A program made the translations under genes and the position numbers. Of a DNA stretch of 64,000 nucleotides, positions 1 to 11,690 are shown piece after piece. Below the pieces are notes generated by a model that was given only the letters and a program-made list of their open reading frames with translations, was not told the origin of the DNA and searched no databases. This DNA is from Lingula anatina (taxonomy: Eukaryota > Animalia > Brachiopoda): NCBI GenBank assembly GCA_051362555.1, contig CM120642.1, forward strand, positions 13,454,001 to 13,518,000, in the 5' to 3' direction. Numbering within the stretch: position 1 is the first letter of the stretch; each line of letters opens with the position of its first letter.

Positions 1-122
1 TAAAGTTTTACACGGGGATTCTACTTATAAAAAATTCAAGAACTTTCACGACTTTTTGTGTAACAACAAAGAGAAGGTTTGAAAAGTTTTGTATGTAATA
101 TCCTTTTGTGTGTGTTTTATTG

Positions 123-295
123 GGGGCGTCTCGATAGTCCGAAGGTTCATTGGTCCGAAGGTTCATTGGTCCGAAAAGTGGTAACATTTTCATCCATTTT
201 TTAATCAAGGGTTCATTGGTCCGAAGGTTCTATAGTGAACATTCGGACCAATGAACCTTCGGACTATTGAACCTTCGGACTATCGCTACGGCCCC
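123..295. mobile_element. MITE (non-autonomous DNA transposon) with TIRs built from 16-bp subrepeats; 9-bp TSD suggests Mutator/MULE superfamily
   Basis: Left end GGGGCGTCTCGATAGTCCGAAGGTTCATTGGTCCGAA is an imperfect inverted copy of right end TTCGGACCAATGAACCTTCGGACTATTGAACCTTCGGACTATCGCTACGGCCCC. Direct repeat GTTTTATTG flanks it at 114-122 and 296-304. Confidence 0.8.
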
Positions 296-1850
296 GTTTT
301 ATTGATAAGTGATCATTTTAAATGTTGTAGGCCCATCACAGGTTTTAGTCTCTAATAACCCTTAGCAGGGTGAGTTCTATTTTTTTTAACGTGAGACGTT
401 AATCAAATTTTTATTATTATGTATTCAGTCCCGTATACGTATTACTGATTTGTACAAACGGGGCTCATATTATCAAGATCAACAGAGACATACGAAGAAG
501 AAAGTACATCGGCTCTTGTTGAACGCATTATCGGCGAAATAAAAAGTTATTTATTTCTGAACTCAATGACAAGAGAATTGGAAAATTCAATGGGCATATT
601 TTTTACAAAAAATGCAGAAAAGCCTTTCTGTAAGCTACACGTACATAATACATGTATGGTAAAGACAAAATGGATAATAAACATAATCCAACAAGGTATT
701 TGTAAAGTAATACAAATATGCTTAGTATTAAAGTAAGCCTTCGTATATTTAACTGTCTTAGATAGTTGAAAAGTATGAAATGTGTGGGAAACATTTTACT
801 TGAATGTTTTAATTGTCTGTGATTGAAAACGATGAAAATACGCATAAAAACGTTTAAAAATCAAATAATTTGGGCTCTTGCTATAATTTTGTTTTTTGTT
901 TCAGATTGACAAAATTTTCATACTTATCAGACGAAAGGCTGACATTTTTTACCTGTCGTAAATTTTGTACATATACTAGAGTAAGACACGGTAAACTTTA
1001 ATTATCGTCTGGGAAAGAGTCGAGAATTCCTGTCTCACCTATTTAACACTTAAAAGGTTTTAATTACAGAGGAAAGGTCGTAGTTGTGGCCGCCCGCCTT
1101 ACCGAACAATTGAACAAGTAACACCTGATGCCTTATCAGGTACCAAACGATTTAATCAGTTCACCGACGAACGATCTGCGTGTCAGTTTTACCTGTATAC
1201 ACAGTAGTTACGAGTCAAACAATGCAGGAAATCTTTTCATTTTATCACTTTAAAAATCTCTTAAGATATCCTTCAAACAAGACATCAAAATCGTAATGAA
1301 TTGACACTGCCGGTACATGAGGTGATATCGCCACAGCTTGCATACAACATGTACAAAATTGTGAAGACGTAGGCCTGCGCACCTGTCCACACTCTTGAAA
1401 GCTGTGTACGAGTCTACTGGCTATTTTGATTTTATATATAAAAAAATAACGAGTCTCTTTCGCATATCTTTATTATCGGAAGCATTTAAAAGAACTCCAT
1501 AGCTTTAGTTCGTCATCACTATTGAAAGTGTAGCCAAGGCTCGGACGCTTAGGTGAAGTCTAGTTGAAAAGCGCATCGTATTTAAACTGAGAAAGAAAAT
1601 ATTTAATTGCTTTATTCTCCGTCCAAATAGCTGGTTCTTTCCTACAGTTTATGCATTTCTGTGCTTCAGCCACCTTTTTAGTTTGACAGAAAGCAATGCA
1701 CGCTTCATACGACCTTTTTATATGCGCACCTTGTACATCATCTACACCTAGCATTGCCATGCTGGAAACAGCAGAGGACCACCATGACCCCTGTGGCGCG
1801 CGGTTCCTGTCATGCGCACTTCGTATTTCCGCAAAAGATGAAAAAGGTTA

Positions 1851-2018
1851 ATACTGAATGGACAGGGGATAAACTCTTCTGATACTGAATGGCCAGGGGA
1901 TAAACTCTTCTGCTACTGAATGGCCAGGGGATAAACTCTTCTGATACTGAATGGCCAGGGGATGAACTCTATTGATACTGAATGGCCAGAGGATGGACTC
2001 TTCTGATATTAAATGGAC
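1851..2018. repeat. 31-bp minisatellite, 5 full copies plus a partial copy
   Basis: Unit ATACTGAATGGCCAGGGGATAAACTCTTCTG starts at 1851, 1882, 1913, 1944 and 1975, with a degenerate partial copy from 2006. Confidence 0.92.
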
Positions 2019-2029
2019 CACAGTCAACA

Positions 2030-2154
2030 TGATTTTTTTATGTATCAAAACAGAGCATCGTGTACTTCTTACCAGAGGCTGGATGGGTGATGGCATTGAT
2101 GCTGTGCAAAAAATTTTCCCAGAAAAGAAGTTTGCACACGCAGCTGGTGAATAG
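2030..2154 (+). pseudogene. Possible degenerate fragment of a Ulp1/C48-like peptidase segment of transposon origin
   Basis: Translation EHRVLLTRGWMGDGIDAVQKIFPEKKFAHAAG resembles, from recall only, the 'LL..G.WL.D..IDAAQ.LL...FP...G' pattern of transposon-associated Ulp1-like proteins. Short and closed by a stop codon. Confidence 0.25.
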
Positions 2155-2843
2155 TCAGAGAAATTATCTGTGAGAATCTCATGAAAACATTTCTTTCTGT
2201 GTCCTTAGAGGAGGGTAAGTGTTAGGGTAAGCTGATAACTAAAAACATCATATTTGATAGTATAATACTCAGTTAAGCTGTGACAATTAGACTGGAAATG
2301 AACCTTGACGTATCTATTAGTACTTGATGAGGATATCATAGTTTTGAGACAAAAGTTCAAGTATTATATATATTGGAAGCAAAAGTAATATAGCAAATGA
2401 TGTGGTGTGATATACAGGTAGTATAAAATAAAGCATTCTCATTAAAGGTTATATGCATCATATTTCTTTATTCTAACATACCTTAGATGCCTTTTTATTT
2501 GTAGACTATGTGTAACAACCATAAAAATATTTCTTTTAACTTAAAACAAATAAACATGTAAATCCTTCAATAAAGCTTTCTGTGTAAAACGCCTTAAGGT
2601 ACTCAATCTAAAATAATATCAAGAATACCAGTATTTTCAAATTGGTGATGATAATCAAAGTTTGTGCTTTTCATTATCAAACCTCTATGAACAGCATCAT
2701 CTGCTTATGTAACCAAAGTCTTACAGATGTAAATATTAATTTTAAATTTCTAAACTTAACTAACCTCATCAACATTATCTTGTCTTTTGAATATTAAACA
2801 GACTGGATTTAGGCACAGTGTCAGCAAGCAAACATTTACTCAC

Positions 2844-2949
2844 CAAACACAAATATAACTAGCAGCCTGACGGGTGCACTTAGTATAATTCTAACCACAG
2901 CTTTGAACCCAGCCCCCTCCATCCACTTGTGCTGCATCTCCTCCCAATT
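2844..2949 (-). CDS. Rhomboid exon 8
   Basis: tttcag| ... G|GTGAGT, 106 nt; encodes NWEEMQHKWMEGAGFKAVVRIILSAPVRLLVIFVF. Confidence 0.88.
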
Positions 2950-5900
2950 CTGAAATATACAGAAATCATAGAGCGTGTTCAGAATAAAGTAATTGTACCA
3001 GCAGGATCGATCTATCTCTGCACTGATTTTTGCTACAGTGCATTCAATGTAATCAGCTTAACTGTCTGATATGCCCCCTTCAGAAGTGAGGGGGTAATTA
3101 ACGTTTGTGCACGAAAACAAAATGACCACCTCTCCAAAAAATTAATTACCCCCTCGCTTCTCGAGGGGGCATGCCAGACAATTAAACTGATCACACCAAG
3201 TGCACTTTAGTGAGATAGAAAAGACAGAGATAGAAAATATGACTTTGGGATATTTTCAAAAGTGGACAGTTACTTTTTAATTTAAAATTTAAAAGTGTAC
3301 TTTTTAATTTAAGTAACATGGCAAAATATTTAGTAAACAGTGCACTTTTCTACATTGGCACTCACTTCTGCATTGTGTCTGATATTGGTAAAGAAATCCT
3401 GAACATAGACATACCATAATAATGGCTGCCACATGAGCACCAATGAGTGCATAACATCCCCCACTTGCCCCAGCCAGGAAGGAGGATGGATCTGTTACTG
3501 AGTGGGCTAAAGAGCCTAAAATAAAATTCCATTCTGTTTTGGTTTTGGTATTCAAATATTGACTAGAAATGCAAAATGTAACTTCCCATTGTGTTAATTT
3601 GTATTGTTAAATTATTTCCATACAAGACATGCATACTGTCATTCAAATTATATGTACCTTCTACATGCTGTTATAGTTCTCGTGTTTCTAGAACACACAC
3701 ACACACACACACACACAAAAAAAAATCCCCAGGTTCATGCTTACAAGCATCAATTTCTTTATGTAGCCCATAAAAAATAATAATAATACATATTTTTAGC
3801 AACATTCACTAAATATTTCTCATAAATACATAATTTTATTTTAAAAATATATGACATGCATTATTTTTTTTATTTTAGTGAAACTTCCAAGTACTCTACC
3901 CCCTTTTCTCAAAATTACATACCAGCTATAACACCCAGGAAATATACTATCATCATCCGCCACCACTTGTGGACCATTTCCAATGGAATGCCTAGTATAA
4001 GCTGAAATACTAGGTTGAAGATGAGGTGTGTGTACCTGGAAAATGGAAGAGAGAAAAATTTATAGCAAATATCTTTCATTAAACAGTGGAAGGGGAAGAT
4101 TTTTGCCCATCAAAAAATAAATAAATAGAAGAATAAATTGACAGATAGTTATGTATACCAAACAAAGTTTTATTTGTACCATTTCATTCAAAAGATTTAG
4201 TTTTTAGGGAAGAAATATATTAGGCATCTGATAAATCAATTTTCAGTCTAAAATCAAATAACACTTGTGTACAGTAAGTTACAGCATAATTGCAGAAACA
4301 AAGGCGTCAAATTATCTGGATAATTTTGTTAACAACATTTTTTTGTAAATTTAGAATAGCAATTTTCCAAAGGATAAAAAAGGTTTTAAAAAAACATTAA
4401 CGAAATCATCAACAAAAATTGTCCCAACAAAGCGGATTGTGTTCACTAAAATTACAGGCAAGTATAACTTCAAGGAAAATTAAAATGAATAGGGAAGGAT
4501 GATAAATGAAGAAAGTTAAAATCTAACAAGTAGTTCATCAATGGTACATTAGTGTTACTATAAAGAATGCAACTTAGATCTTTTCCCAAAAACATGAGGC
4601 AGTCCATTCGTTTTTATACATTATTTTCCAATAGGATATTCTCTAAGTCGAGCATAAATCATCCCCTTAATTCTGTGTATTATCATGAATAACATGCTGT
4701 GACAAGAATCAATAGCAAGACAGCTTCCGAAATGTTGGACACAAGTTATCAATTAATATCCATTATCAATCAAAACATATGCTCCTTTGTGTAATATTTA
4801 AGATTAAGCATGACTGTGGAGATGGTTTTAATATCCCATGTGACTTGTTAAAGTCTACATAATTCATCTTACTTCTTTCCATCCACATGAGTGTGGCACA
4901 GCTGTGTTGACAGCTAAAGATGAAAACCAATGCAGGAGTACAAGTATTATGTTACTCAACCTTAAACCACCTTTATGAGGAGCAAATCTCAGGATTGAGG
5001 TGGGCACTCTTTTACAAATCCAAGTGCCTTTAGAGTATACTAGCATTCATGCTATATTCTGGACAGACTTCAGTCCCTAGCTAGGCAACATACTAGTTAT
5101 TAGGTTCCCAATGGCGATGCATAAAATAGTAGCACTCAGTCAAACATCACACATATTATGGTAAACTAGGACCCAAAACATATCTTCTATCCTAGCAGCA
5201 AAGGAACCAAATTATAATTCCTTGATATGACTAAGTTAAAATTTTGATTTACATGTGTACTTATTCTTGCACCCACTCTCAAACCAGAGGCTATGTCAGC
5301 ATCCTGGACATGGAATGTTGGATTGAAAAGGGAGAGCAGTAAAGTCTTCATAAATTGGTTGGACAGTGGTGCCATCTATCCAGGCCATGGATGGGGTGTT
5401 AAAATTTGTTCTGTGCAGATAACATCACAAGAATGGAAATAGTTCCACCAACATTCTTATTAGACAGAATTAAGTCTCTGAGAGAGAGGCACAACACCAA
5501 CAAGCGATTCAGCAGTCTGGTAATTCATTAAAAAATTTCAGCGCAGGTTTGAAAATTCATTCAATATGGCTGGTGTACTTACCCCACATGTATACACATA
5601 TATGTCAAGTATCTCCAAACTTCATATCTTCTAAAAGGGTTATATATTAGAGGACTGTAAGGAGGGAAGCCAGAGGCTGCAGTCACTGCATATTGTGTGT
5701 CCTTCAACTCCACTGCATACACTATGAATATGATGATCTAAAACAAATAAATCATTTTATGAAATAAACTGAATTTTAATCTTGAATATCAATATGAGCG
5801 ATAATCCTCATTATTGCCCTGATGAAGTCACTCTTTGTTATCGTAAAAAGATTGCTTGGAGTATATTTATTTTCATTAAACTACTGCATTTTTAAACCAA

Positions 5901-6768
5901 AATTTACAAATGTCTACAGTCACAAAAAGGTAACTGATTTTTATTATAACAGATAACCATTCAAAGATTTTTAACATACAGAATATTTGAGAGTAAACCA
6001 TGTATTTAAATTTTAAGAATGATGGATTTTCAAGAATGTGAACACAATGCAGCAGTGTTTGCAGAAAAGTAAAAAAAAATTAAAGAAACCATGTGCATCT
6101 CTTAGGTGCAAATATTTCTTGTAAGATTGATAATCACACTGAAGAGAAGTAATTCATTTCTTCATTTCTACTTTAAAAGTAATTGGTATTGATTTTTGAC
6201 AGCCAGTGGGAGAAGATAAAAACAAATCCCATCCTTTTCAATTAACACAACAGCAGCAAAAGATCACAGTGAAACATTAAAAAATATATTGTGCCCTGCT
6301 CTACCTATCAATTTCCTGTTAATATATTGATTTTTATCCCTTTCTGATAAATGCAGACAAATGTCATCATCACTTTAAAAAGAATGTTCTTGGCAAAAAC
6401 TCAGTCCAATACAATGTATTTTTCAAAGCTCCTTTGAATCTTTTCATAATTTTATGATTTAACTATGAATTGTTTTCTGACTACCTTAAGAGAAAGATGA
6501 ACAGATGTGTGAGTCACACACCACACGGAAAAATATATATATGCCATTTTTTTACTTCAGATCTTTACTTCCATTTTTTTTTATTTTAACATGTGACAAC
6601 GTTCTCATTCTTTTTTTGCCATTTGGACAACTGTAAAGAAGCCTTAAGTGTGTAAATAATACAATAATTACCTAAAACATCTCGAAATGTGAGGCACCAT
6701 GGTGGTACATTCAATGATCAGACTATCACAAAAAATGAGTCATTCTTATATGCATACAGTAGACTAAC

Positions 6769-6800
<32 letters not shown>

Positions 6801-8226
6801 AACACACACCTCTAACAGACTGACAAAGATGATGAATAGTGGAGGTGGTTTGCAGTCATATGCTTCTATATAGCTTTCCAGCGACTTCTTGACTGCGCTC
6901 TCTGGCACAACAGTACTCACTAGACCCAAAACAAACTTTTGATAACCTGTTAGTTTATGCACATCCAGTCGCTGCCGTTCATTAACAATCTGGAATTAAG
7001 TAAGCAAAAGCTGAGATAAATTTAACAACTGACATCGTTCAGCATTAAGTAAGTTATTGATATTTAATTTTCAATTATTTTGACCACTGTCTAAAAATAA
7101 GAATGTTTACACATTTAAAACAGGTATTATAAATCCATTATTAAAACATTATTATTATAAATAAAAACAATACCAATAATGTCTTTTTAGTTCAGCCAGG
7201 ATTTCAGTATTGGGGGGAGGGGGGGTTAATATAGGCTCAGAAAAAAAAAAAGAATCACTCAGTTAGGCTTAAAAATAAAATAAAATAAAATAAAATAAAA
7301 TAAAATAAAATAAAAACAAATGATACAGATATGATCTTTAAAGGGGCGAAGGGAAGTACTAGCACATTTTCAAGCCCCCCTCCCCCCCCAAATGGGATCC
7401 ATCTTTGTGATTTGAAGTCCATCATAAACCTTACCAGACTTTCAAATTCAGGATATGACATAAGTCCATCCTGGTTGAGATCATATTTATCTATCATACG
7501 CTGCTTGCTGGAGTCAGGTATGCGATCCATCACTCCGGTTTGGTCAAGATGGTGGCGGATTTCACGCATAGGGATACCAGGAGCCTCTGGATCTCCATGT
7601 TGTGCTTGCTGAAATTTATTAAAAAATATTGCGTAAATCTCTATTATAGCTTAAAAACACTGGGAATTTATTAATACCACTTGAAGCTTTTAGTTCTGGT
7701 AATATGTCCAAAAACATAAAAACCCTCTTTTATACAAAAACTCAAAATAAAATTTTTGGTCAAAGAAAAAAAAAAGGCAGAAAATGGTCTTTTCTGATAT
7801 CTCTGTTTATAAAACTAAAACTTGGCTTAAATTGAATGTGTGTTTGCTCTTAGACAAGGTATTTGATTTATACTCATAAAAAGATAAAATCTTTACACTG
7901 GACCTAGTAAACACCAGTGGCCATTGTGGACAGATTATTATCTTTACATTTATCACTTGCAATTGGCTACTGTGGGTGACAGCAAGTTGACATACTTTAG
8001 TGGTTGGGCTACCAGTAGCTATCAGTCCATAGGACTCAACATAAAATACTCATTGACATACAATATGTGAAATACTCAGTATGGTATGACTGTAGTGTCA
8101 CCATGTAAATGAATTGTTTTTGCTTAATCTTATATGGGTGTGGATGTAAAAAATGTATATGGTATTACATTGTCCCACATGTACCCATGCACAAATGCAT
8201 ACCAGTGCACGCTAACGTACGTGCAT

Positions 8227-8264
<38 letters not shown>

Positions 8265-8420
8265 GCGGATCCAGAGTTATTTTCTGACAGTCTTCCCATT
8301 TATCTTTGTTGATCCATCCTCCATTTTTGACTGTCTTCCGACAGAAAAAATTAGATACCCATCAATGTAAACTTGAAAATCTGTCTTCCGGAAGACCCAG
8401 AAGACACCCTAAATCTGCCC

Positions 8421-8459
<39 letters not shown>

Positions 8460-11400
8460 CATGCACATCAACAGATAACCAAGCTCACCCTCATAATCAC
8501 ATGAACAAATAAAAGCCCCCCAAATATATTCAAAGTCACAAATAAAAAACAAAGAATGATATGCCATTTGTTATCACTGATGCTGCTAAATAAATTAAGC
8601 CAGTATATTAATCTATAGTTCGTGCATTCTAAATGTGGTCCACAAATGTAGGTATACTGGCAATTTAGCACATAACCTGCTTTATGGCAAGAGAAAAGGG
8701 AACATCAACTGTGAAATGTTTCAGGTTCTTTCTTTTATTGGGTGTCTTAACTTTTGTAACTGTTATGGTTACAGCATTTATAATGTCTGATTTTGTGAGA
8801 CAAAGAAAATCAGGATAACTTAAATTAACTGTTTGGATATTGATAAATAATATTCAAAAGTTTTAAGTATGTGCCAAAGATGATAAATATAACTGAAATT
8901 ATAAACCTGATGATATAATGATATCAATATTGGTAAGCCATGGTAACACAGATGTTATACAACCCATTTTCCACAAACATTCTGAACCAATCAGCCATGC
9001 TACATGTACTAGTACATATGTGTCAGAATAATTTTCTTTTCTTCTCAAACAGCATAAAAACAGTGCACATTTCAAGATATTCATCTTTCTTCTCAAAGAA
9101 GTTGTAACTTTTCCCTTCTTCCCAGATTAACCTATATAATATTAACCCTGGTTTCTTCTACAGAACTGTTCAACAAGACCAGTGGATTTCCGTAAATCAC
9201 GGACTATAGCTACTGAGTCTTATTTACAGGGCTGTACAGTGGAGAGCATATAAAAGTGCATAATATACATGTACCATTTACCATTGTGTTGAACAAGCAC
9301 AACTATACATCAGATGTAAGCAAAATTTCACTGGAATGTAAATAAAGCATGGATTTTGCACAGAGACTCCAGTTTTTTTTTATGGTTCAAACAAATCATC
9401 TGTAAACTCTGACATGTTTTGACAGATTGTGTTTTTGTTAGCTTTGGTGTCACTGAGTGCAATGCAAACATATCACCTAGGGTTGGATATTATGCGGATG
9501 GCTGGCAAATAATGCAAGTGTTATACATAGGGCATCTGATTTTGGGTGCCAAGGTTTGCTGAAAATAATGTACACAAATATCTATTCTTTTTTAAGACTG
9601 CATTTGATAATAACCTCTTTTTATTTATTATACAGATTAAATGGTAATAACCCACAGTTTACAAACATGTTGACCACTCAGATATATTTTTCCACCTCTT
9701 TATTTTTTCATGTATTTTTAATAAAAACCCAGCTCATATTCTAGAACAGAATTATATTATTCAGGTTACTAAAAATATTTTCAAAAATGCACTATGAATA
9801 ATAACTAAATATTCTTTTCCAAGAAGTGTTACATCTTATATGTAGGATGTGGCAAAGGGATATACACTGGTATATCCTTGATGTGGAATTATAATGACTG
9901 ACATATACTAGTACAGGATAAAACTCCCTCTCTCTAAGATCATCGCTTCTGAGTAATTTCCTCATGAGTAATTCTACATTTTATTTAGTCCTTTATGCAA
10001 AGTTTTACAAATTCAGTATACATACTGGTATGTTACATTGGAAATAGTGTTTCAGCCCCAAGATTGTAAATAAATCAAGATAATAATAATGTTGATGGTG
10101 ATGATGACGATGATGATGAAAATAATTAGAAAAAGCGGACTGTCAAATAAATATTCAAGAAAAGAGAACATTTAGTTATACATAATTATGTTAATTTTAT
10201 GATAAATAGAAGCGAGATCAATTTTTATGTGCATAAACAGTCAATTACCAGTACAATGAAAGTGTTTGTGAGACACAAACAACGGAGTTTGTTTAACCCA
10301 CTAATAATACTTAGTCTAGTAAATCACCTGCTCTTATACTTAACTGAATACTGAGAGTATAATACACATATGCATTATTTTAAATAACATATTAAAAAAA
10401 AATTCTCTTACCTGATCAAACCAAGGTTTGACATTCTATTGTGGTCAATAAACATATTTTTCAGTACCATATAGGTTGATGTGGCAAGCAGCAGGAAATG
10501 ACGGATATGAAATTCAAGAAGAAATAGATCTTGCATTCAATGCAGTGACAATGCATAAACTTGAATTAGTGGAGATGAAAAATAGATGCAAAATATAGAT
10601 AAATATATATTATACTAGTATATTAAGTAGAATTAGAATATAATGAAAAAAAGAACTATTTCCCATGCACTCAACACAATATATGCTGGATAAGTGAAAC
10701 ATTAACTTGTAATTATATATATATAAACATGTACAAATTGGTCCTTCTCTCTCTCTCTCTCATTCTCTATGCCCCCCTTTCCAAATAGACACGTGTAAAA
10801 TTTAAATCCATAAATTTGTACAAGCTGTGCAATTAATACATATACAAATACTGCTGCAGTTCTTACATCATGATACTCAGGTAGTATACAGGTAGGATTG
10901 GGCAATCAACAGTATTCAGTTACACCTGTATAGCTGGGCACAGCATGACCCTATTTGCTACCAGAAGCACTGGTGATGACCATACATTTCTGCATAATAA
11001 ATACTGGGACCGGGGTACATGTAAGAGGTCAACAAAACAGATGAAATAGGTTACTACTTAGGAATGCATAATGCATGAAAATAATTTGTGGACGATAATG
11101 GCAGTAGATCATAGATGGGGGTGGGGGTGATCCATGTATACATGTACTCTTCGTAGTTTTCATTAAATATCCTTTTCTTAAATATTCTCAACAACATGGA
11201 AATAAAAATGGTGAATAATATTTATCTGGCCCCATGTGGATCCTCCATCCATATACCATTTCAGTTAAGTGAAGGGAAAGCTAAAATCTTCACAACATCA
11301 ATTAATCTGGCAAGGCCAATTTTTCAAAAACTAACACTCGTTGAGCACAGTCCAGCAGGACCCCCCCCCCCTTTTTTTTTCGGGGCTCCTCTTTTCCTTA

Positions 11401-11690
11401 AACTTTCAAGACCGTGCAGTCTGTAGGGGCTCAGCTTTATTGAAAATAATAGCCTTCCCTCCTGTAGTACGTAACGGTCACATTTCTCGCATTCCACCAG
11501 CACTACCTATCTCTATATAGTGCCGTGTCACATCGGCAATGCCTCGATCACTTGTTGGTATTATTATGTAGTTGAAAGCAAGTGGTACATACATTTCCAT
11601 CCTCCAAACCTGACTCACCTCTGCAAGAAAATCCTTCAGTTCTCTTACTTCTCTCCTGGTGCTACTTGATTTCACTCCAGACTTAGCCAT
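2844..11690 (-). CDS. RHBDL3: Rhomboid-related intramembrane serine protease with N-terminal EF-hand (RHBDL1/2/3 or rho-4 type; exact orthology uncertain); 8 coding exons, 3' end not found in window
   Basis: Exons 11619-11690, 10412-10435, 7435-7608, 6810-6989, 5583-5737, 3923-4035, 3415-3515 and 2844-2949 have GT-AG boundaries and join in frame (925 nt, 308 aa). Motifs: EF loop DLNQDGLMSYPEF, YDCKPPPLF, RRYEVWRYLTY (WR motif), HVGYTHLIFN, GIPLEMVH, catalytic GASGG, NW..M. Confidence 0.93.
3011..3234. mobile_element. Fold-back MITE-like element in rhomboid intron 7
   Basis: Imperfect inverted arms of ~95 bp: TCTATCTCTG...TCAGCTTAACTGTCTGATATGCCCCCTTCAGAAGTGAGGGGGTAATTAA versus TTAATTACCCCCTCGCTTCTCGAGGGGGCATGCCAGACAATTAAACTGA...CAGAGATAGA, around a ~30-bp spacer. 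Confidence 0.75.
3415..3515 (-). CDS. Rhomboid exon 7 (catalytic serine, GASGG)
   Basis: ttttag| ... ATG|GTATGT, 101 nt; encodes SLAHSVTDPSSFLAGASGGCYALIGAHVAAIIM. Confidence 0.94.
3693..3716. repeat. (AC)n microsatellite
   Basis: Direct reading. Confidence 0.9.
3923..4035 (-). CDS. Rhomboid exon 6
   Basis: ttccag| ... G|GTATGT, 113 nt; encodes YTHLIFNLVFQLILGIPLEMVHKWWRMMIVYFLGVIAG. Confidence 0.92.
5583..5737 (-). CDS. Rhomboid exon 5 (L1 loop, WR motif)
   Basis: ttttag| ... GG|GTAAGT, 155 nt; encodes IIIFIVYAVE...SPLIYNPFRRYEVWRYLTYMCIHVG. Absent from the ORF track. Confidence 0.92.
6770..6800. repeat. (GA)n microsatellite next to the exon 4 donor
   Basis: Direct reading, one interruption. 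Confidence 0.85.
6810..6989 (-). CDS. Rhomboid exon 4 (linker and start of TM1)
   Basis: ttccag| ... GAG|GTGTGT, 180 nt; encodes IVNERQRLDVHKLTG...YDCKPPPLFIIFVSLLE. Confidence 0.9.
7272..7316. repeat. (AAAAT)n pentanucleotide microsatellite
   Basis: Direct reading. Confidence 0.9.
7435..7608 (-). CDS. Rhomboid exon 3 (EF-hand pair)
   Basis: tttcag| ... CTG|GTAAGG, 174 nt; encodes QAQHGDPEAPGIPMREIR...KYDLNQDGLMSYPEFESL. Confidence 0.9.
8260..8423. mobile_element. Short MITE-like element inserted in a (CA)n microsatellite
   Basis: Ends CAGTAGCGGATCCAG and CTAAATCTGCCCCTG (reverse complement CAGGGGCAGATTTAG) form imperfect 15-bp TIRs. (CA)n tracts lie on both sides (~8228-8259 and ~8424-8457). 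Confidence 0.65.
10412..10435 (-). CDS. Rhomboid exon 2, 24-nt microexon (NVKPWFDQ)
   Basis: Acceptor caatag|, donor CAG|GTAAGA, phase 0/0; peptide resembles the '..FDQ' helix entering the first EF-hand of RHBDL3-type proteins. Confidence 0.7.
11619..11690 (-). CDS. Rhomboid exon 1 (MAKSGVKSSSTRREVRELKDFLAE)
   Basis: ATG at 11690, 72 nt, donor GAG|GTGAGT, phase 0; CpG-richer promoter-like sequence immediately upstream. Confidence 0.75.

Noticed and set aside
2482-2540. Possible rhomboid exon 9 (AG … AAG|GTATGT on minus strand)
   Set aside because: Translation (KRNIFMVVTHSLQIKRHL) has no rhomboid TM5/TM6 similarity, and the sequence is AT-rich with a weak AAG acceptor.
7191-7408. Degenerate MITE with G-run and C-run ends in rhomboid intron 3
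   Set aside because: Suggestive ends but no clear TIR pair or TSD could be defined.
8109-8512. Short ORFs with THTHTH, and similarly YYYY (13793-13996) and YIYIYI (14712-15004)
   Set aside because: Translations of microsatellites.
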